Assembly: GCA_040218735.1 (NCBI GenBank)
Contig: JAVJQW010000004.1
Location: forward strand, 1-14,122
Source of the DNA: Deltaproteobacteria bacterium
GTDB lineage: Bacteria > Myxococcota > Kuafuiibacteriia > Kuafuiibacteriales > Kuafuiibacteriaceae
DNA length: 14,122 nucleotides
Direction of reading: 5' to 3'
A model generated the notes under the pieces. That model searched no databases, was not told where the DNA came from, and saw nothing but the letters and a program-made list of their open reading frames with translations. Positions 8,491 through 14,122 of this stretch are shown one piece after another (position 1 is the first letter of the stretch; each line of letters starts with the position of its first letter). The position numbers and the translations under genes are program-made.

Positions 8491-8827
8491 AAGCGGCGGG
8501 ACGAGTTCGTTGAGAACTCAATACGACGCGGCTTCGCATTTGATGTTGCGAACGGGCGGCCTCGCGCGAACGCGTTCCAGCTGGGGGCAAGACACTGCGG
8601 CCCTTGGGGCTTCCGCGTGGCGGAGCCGGACTTCGGTGCGCCAGTCTTGTGGAGCGGGTAGTGTTGGGCCATGAGGAGCGAGTGCAAGACTCGCGTGACG
8701 CGAAGTCGAGAAGCGGCGCGTACGCCACCCGTGAGGACTCCGAGCGCTCGTAAGCAGGCTGCCAGGAAACCGTGCGTGCCGGGAGAAAGTTGGTCAGAAA
8801 CGTGAGCGTCACCTCGTAGACTTCTGC

Positions 8828-10369
8828 GTGGGCAGACCTGGCGCGTTCCTTCTGGGATTCTTACTCGTCTCCTCGCCCCGTTTCGCAGCCGCGCAAGAGA
8901 AGACAGGCCTTCCCGAGGTCACCTACCTGCCGTCATCACACCAGCTGGCAGGTAGACCGCCGTACGATACGCCGTTCGTCATCGTCGCGAAGTTCCCAAT
9001 GAATGATACCAAGGAGTTCGGCGCCTCGGTCGTGGAGGCCGACGAGAGGTGTCCAACCAGGGCTCAGTTCTCGGCACTGCCGAATCCGGAGTCCCTCAAG
9101 GATCCGAACCTGCGGGAGTTTCGTGTTGTCGCCGGACTCGACGAGGACGGTAAGATTGTCGGCCTCCGACTACGCAAAGCGTATCGGCTTTGCTTCTACT
9201 ACCAAGCCGATCTCACTCCGGCTCGCGCAAGAGCCTTGTCCGCCGACGCTTTGAAGCGCATCAGCGCGATGATCACGGAGTTCAGCAAGACCTCCACGAA
9301 GAATGTTGAGGCCGCCGCCGCGAAGCTCACCGGCCAACTACATGCCGAAGCGAAGAGGCTCATCAGTGCGCTCGACGTCGACGAGACGCACTTGCAGCCC
9401 TTGAAAACACACTTGACGGCGCTGGCCCTTGCGCGGCTGCGCTTGCACGAGACTACGAGGACCCTCAGGAGCCTCCGCGACGCTGCCACAATCGGGGGTG
9501 GGGACAGCAGCATCGCTGGGCTGGCGTCCAAGCCGCCTGCAGGGCCCGATGGTTCGCGGTTCATGCAGGCCCTCTTCGCGATGAATCCGATGAGCGGCGC
9601 CGAAATCTCGCGAATTCTCATCGGCGAATGGGATTTGCCCGCACCGCCGTCGGAGAGCATCTCGTTCACGCCCCGGAAGCGCGGAACAGACGTCTTGTTC
9701 CTTCCCGGGGTTTTGGAGGAGCTGTCACGTTCCAACGTGTCGACGGCGAACGAAATACGCGGCGCGTTGGCGGGTTTCGGGCCGCCGCTCAAGGCCCTAG
9801 GCAGACAGGAAAAGGCGGTCGACGATGCGAAGTTGGCGGTCTCCAAGCGACTCGTGGAGATGTACTCCAGCAAGGACCCCACTCCACGCATCACGTTGTT
9901 CGAGCCCAATCTCAAGCCGAAAGATCGGGCGGATCGAATCAAGTCCTACGTGACAGCTGACATCGGTCTCGCACTCACCGGTTTCGGTGGCGAAGGCGCG
10001 CACGTCGTTCCGACGGTTGCGCTGAACCTCTACTTCCGTCCGATCGATTCCACGCTGGGCCGTTGGAGCGACCACTACGACGGCCTCGACTTCTTCTCGA
10101 TCGTCCTCGGCGTGACAACGTCGCTGCCGGAGGTCGACGGAACGACACTCAAGGGGCTCGTCTCGGACAACGTGACACCCCTAGTCGGGTTGGGCTGGAT
10201 GCCGTTCCACTTTTCGCGCGTGTCAGCCGGATTCGTTCTCGCGAAGGCGGAAGTCGCCTCCGAGATCTCGAAGGCGACGAAGCCTGCGCCTGGATGGTTC
10301 GTGAGGCTCTCGCTCGATGTCGATGTCGCGAAACTTCTCAGCGATGCAAAGAAGGCGCTCATCAACTGA
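8828..10369 (+). CDS. Exported hypothetical protein, 513 aa, with a helical middle region and C-terminal amphipathic beta-strands (possible outer-membrane barrel)
   Basis: Long ORF with Sec-type signal MGRPGAFLLGFLLVSSPRFAAA-QEK. C-terminal alternating strands include ADIGLALTG, TVALNLYF, SIVLGVT, LVGLGW, RVSAGFVL and GWFVRLSLDV. Confidence 0.75.
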   Translation: MGRPGAFLLGFLLVSSPRFAAAQEKTGLPEVTYLPSSHQLAGRPPYDTPFVIVAKFPMNDTKEFGASVVEADERCPTRAQFSALPNPESLKDPNLREFRVVAGLDEDGKIVGLRLRKAYRLCFYYQADLTPARARALSADALKRISAMITEFSKTSTKNVEAAAAKLTGQLHAEAKRLISALDVDETHLQPLKTHLTALALARLRLHETTRTLRSLRDAATIGGGDSSIAGLASKPPAGPDGSRFMQALFAMNPMSGAEISRILIGEWDLPAPPSESISFTPRKRGTDVLFLPGVLEELSRSNVSTANEIRGALAGFGPPLKALGRQEKAVDDAKLAVSKRLVEMYSSKDPTPRITLFEPNLKPKDRADRIKSYVTADIGLALTGFGGEGAHVVPTVALNLYFRPIDSTLGRWSDHYDGLDFFSIVLGVTTSLPEVDGTTLKGLVSDNVTPLVGLGWMPFHFSRVSAGFVLAKAEVASEISKATKPAPGWFVRLSLDVDVAKLLSDAKKALIN

Positions 10370-10377
10370 GGTCAAAC

Positions 10378-10710
10378 ATGGCAACTCGATTCTCGATCAC
10401 ACCGCGGTTCCCCGCGACATCACCACTACGAAGGCCGTTCGAAGTCGAAATAACGATCGTCCATCCGGAATCCGAGGGCCAACCACACATCTTGTTCACG
10501 GGGGAGGGCGTCCACGTGAAGGTGACCAGCCGGGTGCCCACGTCGCTGCCGGCCGGGGCAGGAAAGGTGCAGCACGAGGAGCGAATCACCATGATCCTCT
10601 TCGACGAACCCGCGCGACCGTTCCCGGTCGGCGAAATCGCATGGATCACTTATCGCGTCTTCTTCAAGACGGCACAGGATCGCGGCATCGATGGCATCCA
10701 GATCGTATGA
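10378..10710 (+). CDS. Hypothetical beta-rich protein, 110 aa
   Basis: ATG 8 nt after the previous stop, with GAGG at 10368-10371. Composition is protein-like (MATRFSITPRFP...). The ORF-track extension back to 10063 overlaps the upstream gene. Confidence 0.6.
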   Translation: MATRFSITPRFPATSPLRRPFEVEITIVHPESEGQPHILFTGEGVHVKVTSRVPTSLPAGAGKVQHEERITMILFDEPARPFPVGEIAWITYRVFFKTAQDRGIDGIQIV

Positions 10711-11389
10711 GCTTCCGGCTATCGTCCTCCTTCTTGTGACGAATGCGTGCCTACCGGATGCATCGCTTCGTCACACGGCGGCCATCAGCGCCCCACTGAT
10801 GGTCGAACCTGGTGAAGTCTTCACGATCTCGATGACGCTAACGCCTGTCGAAGGCATCGAGTGCGACCAGGTCGACACCAAAGTCACGTTCAACGCAACG
10901 GCGGGCAAGTTCATCAACGCCGGCGCAGCGAAGGAGGAGGTCGCACTGGAGTCGTGCTCTGCGACAGCGGCCTTCCAGGCCCCCATGGAGGGCAGAATTG
11001 GTGTCTCGGTCGTCGTCGGGAACGAATCGGCCGCGACGATGGTCACCGTCGCCAGCCCGACCCCTCCGGTGGCCCCGCGTCCGGTTCCCGTGGTTACGCT
11101 CGACGTTGGCAATGGCAGCCTCCGTGCCGACGGCGTGGCGACGCTAGAGGTTATCGTGGGCGGGACGCTGGACGACATGCCGATTCCCGCCGGCACGTCG
11201 ATCGTCGTCGGCACCACGGCAGGAACCTTCGTAACGGCGGTGGGCGGTGTCTCGACGACCACACTGAGCGCTGATCAGAACGGTCGCGCGGTGGCGCGGC
11301 TCGTCGCCACCTCGACGGGCTCAGCGCAGATCGGCGCAGAGATGATGGGTGCTGTTGACTTCGCAACAGTGACGCTTTCCCTGGAATAG
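10691..11389 (+). CDS. Lipoprotein with two Ig-like domains (C-terminal one Big_1/invasin-like), 232 aa
   Basis: Lipobox-like IVLLLVTNA-C and a Pro-rich linker (SPTPPVAPRPVP). The pattern LRADGVATLEV...IPAGTSIVVGTTAGTF...ADQNGRAVARL...G.AQI.A is typical of Big_1 domains. It overlaps the upstream ORF by 20 nt. Confidence 0.75.
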   Translation: MASRSYELPAIVLLLVTNACLPDASLRHTAAISAPLMVEPGEVFTISMTLTPVEGIECDQVDTKVTFNATAGKFINAGAAKEEVALESCSATAAFQAPMEGRIGVSVVVGNESAATMVTVASPTPPVAPRPVPVVTLDVGNGSLRADGVATLEVIVGGTLDDMPIPAGTSIVVGTTAGTFVTAVGGVSTTTLSADQNGRAVARLVATSTGSAQIGAEMMGAVDFATVTLSLE

Positions 11390-11401
11390 GGACGCCGCAG
11401 C

Positions 11402-11419
11402 GTATCCGTTCAACGAACC
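11402..11419 (+). repeat. Putative IS66 right terminal inverted repeat GTATCCGTTCAACGAACC
   Basis: It begins with GTA and resembles the GTA..CGT.C...GAAC ends of IS66 elements. It sits immediately 3' of the tnpC fragment. No partner repeat was seen in the window. Confidence 0.65.
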
Positions 11420-11785
11420 GCGTGGTTGACCAGGTCATCTCGCCGTGTTGAGCAGCTGTCGGCGCTGTTTGCACGAGCACCGTCGTCACTCCCCACGAGG
11501 ATCCAGTTCTTCCGGCCAACCGCCTGGCGCCGGAATTCGCGCTCCGAGAGGTTGTTGTCGAGCGGGAGCCGACCGTCGTCGAGGAAGTTCGGCCACTCAT
11601 CTTCGCACCACGCGAAGAAGCGCTCGACGACCGGCTTCGAGTGTTTGCGCCGGCTCCTCTCTCTCTTCTTCCGCGGCGCGGTCGCGATCGAACGCTCGAC
11701 CTTGAAGAGCATTCCAATCATCCCGAGCGCGGCGCGGGCGCGTTCTGGATCGGACCCGAGCGCTTTGAAGAAGTACCGCCGCGCA
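11402..11785 (-). mobile_element. tnpC: Degenerate IS66-family remnant (3' part of the tnpC transposase plus right end)
   Basis: The minus frame reads ARRYFFKALGSDPERARAALGMIGMLFKVER...FFAWC...FLDDGRLPLDNNLSEREFRRQAVGRKNWILVGSDDGARAN, with the IS66 TnpC signatures DNN.SER and GRKNW. There is no 5' part and internal segments are missing. Confidence 0.88.
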
Positions 11786-11792
11786 ATGCCAG

Positions 11793-12005
11793 GTGAAGTC
11801 GCTGACCAAGGCCGGCAAGTTCTCCACGAAGAAGATGCCGCAGGGACTCTTCTGGGAGTCCTACCAGGACTTCGTCTGCGGTGCGGCGCTACGCGCCGCT
11901 CGAGAGCTGCTCGCCGTACTCCCCATCGAGACCGTCCTGTCCAACGTAACGATCTCGATGCTCAACACTGCGACCGGACAGGACCCCAAGCCTTCGGCGT
12001 TGCTC
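11793..12005 (+). pseudogene. Internal fragment of a conserved protein (resembles the C-terminal region of DUF4236-containing proteins)
   Basis: VKSLTKAGKFSTKKMPQGLFWESYQDFVCGAALRAARELLAVLPIETVLSNVTISMLNTATG is well-formed with strong GC3 bias. It starts at the IS66 junction and loses coherence after about 11990. The family call is from memory. Confidence 0.55.
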
Positions 12006-12034
12006 GGCCCGAGGAACCGAGGCACAACCAGATC

Positions 12035-12691
12035 ATGCGTTTCAAGGAACGCTTGGTTGTCCTGCTGGTTCTCCTCGGATTCTCGGCGGCACTGCTCTAC
12101 AGCGCGAATGCGAGCTTCTCGGAGAGCACGATGGATACGTTGGGTCCGGTCCTGCTCTTCGGAACACTGAGTCTATACGCGCTCGTAGTGCAGCCACGGC
12201 TCGAATCTCGGGCGCTCGCTCGCCGACTGAGACCGGTCCTTACTGTCTTCGAACAGGCGGGGCCGATGCACGAGAAGCGTCACGAGACCGCCTACCGCAA
12301 CGCGCTTCTCGGTCAGGTTCTCGCAGGACTCACCGACACGCAGAAGCCAGAATCGCCGCTTCCAACGGGCACGCGGGTTGATGCTTGGTTCGAACACGAC
12401 GGAGACGACTGGTACGTCACGGTCAAGAAGGGCATCGACAATCAGCGGCGACTCACTCTGCAGGGCGAAGTCGAGGACATCCTGCTGCACGCACCCGATC
12501 GCAAACGGGACATGTGGATTGTGATCGTGCTCGGTCTGGATCCGGGGGCCAATCGGAATCCTGAAACCGCCGCACAGCTGACATCTCTCAGACGCTATGC
12601 AGCGCAGCGATCGAGCCAGGTTCTCGAACTCGAATCTAGTCGAAGGCGGTCGATCGAGGTCGTCGAGATAGCCACGAGTTCGGACCCATAG
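12035..12691 (+). CDS. Two-TM membrane protein with a C-terminal degenerate PD-(D/E)xK-like domain, 218 aa
   Basis: ATG 12035, two hydrophobic helices (LVVLLVLLGFSAALLY; LGPVLLFGTLSLYALVV), then HETAYRNAL...E.PLPTGTRVD...WYVTVKK...LQGEVE...IVIVLG. The CDS is well supported; the fold is an inference. Confidence 0.65.
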   Translation: MRFKERLVVLLVLLGFSAALLYSANASFSESTMDTLGPVLLFGTLSLYALVVQPRLESRALARRLRPVLTVFEQAGPMHEKRHETAYRNALLGQVLAGLTDTQKPESPLPTGTRVDAWFEHDGDDWYVTVKKGIDNQRRLTLQGEVEDILLHAPDRKRDMWIVIVLGLDPGANRNPETAAQLTSLRRYAAQRSSQVLELESSRRRSIEVVEIATSSDP

Positions 12692-12706
12692 TTGAGTCCG
12701 TCGGGT

Positions 12707-13582
12707 TCACCAGCTGTAGACGCCGCCCCGTCGCTGAAACCGCTCGAGGTCGAACGAGACGCTCTTCCACGCTGTCGAGACGCCAACGTCCAGGATCGGC
12801 GCCCCGTAGGAGTGGCCGCCGGCGACGTTATCGAAAAACCGCCCTGCGGGGTCCACCATGGCGTACGAGCCTCGCATCGCGTCGTTGTCCTCGACGACAG
12901 GGCTCAAGTCGCGGTGCCTTCGGACAAAGTCGTTCAGCTGCGCCTTCGTCACGAGGAGCGGCTCCACGGTGCCGTCGTTCTGTCCCTTGACCGGGAGGAC
13001 TTGGAATATCTTCCACCGCTCCGGCTTTGCGCGCTGGATGAGCTCGCGGAAGTCCTCTTCCGCGTTCAAGCGGCTGACGACTGTGTTGATCTTGATCCGA
13101 ATGCCCAGGGCACGCGCTTGCTCGATGATTTCGAGGTATCGCTCATCCGGTATCGCGCGACCCCGGATTGCTCGACCGAGAGCGACGTGTGTCTTCGAAC
13201 TAGGGCTGTCGATGCTGAGCGCGAGCCACCCGAGCGAGCCGGCGAGGCGCTGGAGCGCGTCCCGGTCGAGTCGCGTGCCGTTCGACACGAGCATCGTCGT
13301 ACACCCGCTGCCCGCCGCCTCGTCGATGAGTTCTGCGAGCCACGGGCAGAGCGTCGGCTCCCCTCCCACGAAAGTGATCTTGTCGAACTCGGAGGCGAGT
13401 ACCCGCGTGAGCCGGAGCGCCGCCGCCCGGTCGAGGTGCCCGGCTGGCAAGACGTCGCGCCTGACGTCAGCGAACACGGCAAAACAGCCTCGACACCGCA
13501 TGTTGCAGGGCTGCCAGAGGTGGAAGTTGACAGCCGGCGGGAGTGGCCGGCCATTCCGAGAGGTTGAGCTGTCACTTTGCAA
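12707..13582 (-). CDS. vip: Prokaryotic viperin (pVip; RSAD2-like antiviral radical SAM nucleotide dehydratase), 291 aa
   Basis: Motifs VNFHLWQPCNMRCRGCF (N-aromatic-H-x4-Cx3Cx2C-F), KITFVGGEPTL, MLVSNG, LSIDS, KINTVVSRLN, RWKIFQVLPVKGQND, EDNDAMRGSYAMVDPAGRFFDN and terminal FQRRGGVYSW. TTG start with AAGGAGG at 13587-13593. Confidence 0.95.
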   Translation of the reverse strand: MQSDSSTSRNGRPLPPAVNFHLWQPCNMRCRGCFAVFADVRRDVLPAGHLDRAAALRLTRVLASEFDKITFVGGEPTLCPWLAELIDEAAGSGCTTMLVSNGTRLDRDALQRLAGSLGWLALSIDSPSSKTHVALGRAIRGRAIPDERYLEIIEQARALGIRIKINTVVSRLNAEEDFRELIQRAKPERWKIFQVLPVKGQNDGTVEPLLVTKAQLNDFVRRHRDLSPVVEDNDAMRGSYAMVDPAGRFFDNVAGGHSYGAPILDVGVSTAWKSVSFDLERFQRRGGVYSW

Positions 13583-13586
13583 GGGT

Positions 13587-13593
13587 CCTCCTT
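13587..13593 (-). promoter_or_regulatory. Shine-Dalgarno AAGGAGG for viperin
   Basis: Plus-strand CCTCCTT, 4 nt upstream of the TTG start at 13582. Confidence 0.7.
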
Positions 13594-13644
13594 CGAGCAG
13601 CGGGAGAATCTGGGCTGCTCATCGGGGACCACGCGGTCGGCCGT

Positions 13645-14121
13645 TCAGCGTCTCAGGTTTCTTCGAAGTTTTTCGAACGGGTCCGGGGGCCCTTCGCAGA
13701 TCCGTTCGTAGGTCTGGCGCATCCGGGCGGTGACCTCGCGGCACTGGCGGTTGACAGTGCTCCTCGACCCGATGCCCCGCGCCTCCAGCTCGCGCGCGCT
13801 GAATTCGACGCAGAGCAACAGCAGTGAGCGGCTCTTGGGCGCCAAGGCATCGAGGGCCCGCGATACGCATCGTCGGAGCTCTCGGAGCTCCAGCGCTTCG
13901 AGAGGGGACGGCTCGGTATGCCCCAGGCGCACCGCCTCGCGTTTCTCGGCGGCCGCCTGGCGCCGCAGCGCGTCCTTTCCGGCATTCTCGACCGCCCTCC
14001 AGTAGAAACCGCGGACCGCCTCCTCGGACACCGCGGCGCGGCTCCCGAATCCGGCGCAAACGTCGATCGCTTTGTCGACGGCGAGATCTCGTGCGTCGTC
14101 GAACGTAAGCCGCGCTCGGAA
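13645..14121 (-). CDS. ECF-type sigma-70 family factor, 5'-truncated by the window edge
   Basis: The frame is open to the window end. Region-2-like DDARDLAVD...VRGFYWRAVENAGKDALRR is followed by region-4-like LRRCVSRALDALAPKSRSLLLL...SARELEARGIGSRSTVNRQ. The match is divergent. Confidence 0.7.
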   Translation of the reverse strand, partial: FRARLTFDDARDLAVDKAIDVCAGFGSRAAVSEEAVRGFYWRAVENAGKDALRRQAAAEKREAVRLGHTEPSPLEALELRELRRCVSRALDALAPKSRSLLLLCVEFSARELEARGIGSRSTVNRQCREVTARMRQTYERICEGPPDPFEKLRRNLRR

Positions 14122-14122
14122 G

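Noticed and set aside
8583-8655. tRNA gene suggested by the cloverleaf-like fold
   Set aside because: It lacks a T-loop GTTCRA, a 7-nt anticodon loop and canonical arm lengths. It is kept only as a generic structured element.
11426-12034. N-terminal half of the 421-aa ORF 11426-12691
   Set aside because: It is read-through across the IS66 antisense strand and an out-of-frame gene fragment. The credible gene starts at ATG 12035.
1922-12691. Dam plus the HNH-like or PD-(D/E)xK-like gene as a type II restriction-modification system
   Set aside because: The genes are 5-9 kb apart in different modules, both nuclease motifs are degenerate, and one protein is membrane-anchored.
12692-13733. Two 291-aa plus-strand ORFs (12692-13567, 12858-13733)
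   Set aside because: Both are antisense to the clearly conserved viperin and have no motifs. The equal lengths are coincidental.

Overview
GC-rich accessory region, probably from a conjugative element (plasmid or ICE) of a Myxococcota-like host; the host is inferred from DAG-linker lipoproteins, RCC1 repeats and the style of the IS66 remnant. The left part is a MOBF DNA-transfer module linked by 4-nt stop/start overlaps: a TraD/TrwB coupling protein (5' end outside the window), an orphan Dam-type adenine methyltransferase and a TrwC/TraI relaxase-helicase, with an RCC1-repeat lipoprotein following directly. The middle holds a convergent DAG-linker lipoprotein, a small Zn-finger/HNH-like protein with a QLDMF clamp-binding-like motif, a hairpin-rich 337-bp intergenic region and a three-gene cluster of exported proteins. 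The right part has a deleted IS66 remnant fused to a gene fragment, a 2-TM protein with a degenerate PD-(D/E)xK-like domain and an intact prokaryotic viperin (antiviral radical SAM enzyme). The viperin lies directly downstream of an ECF-type sigma factor that runs off the window. All family calls come from motif recognition by eye; no database search was run.
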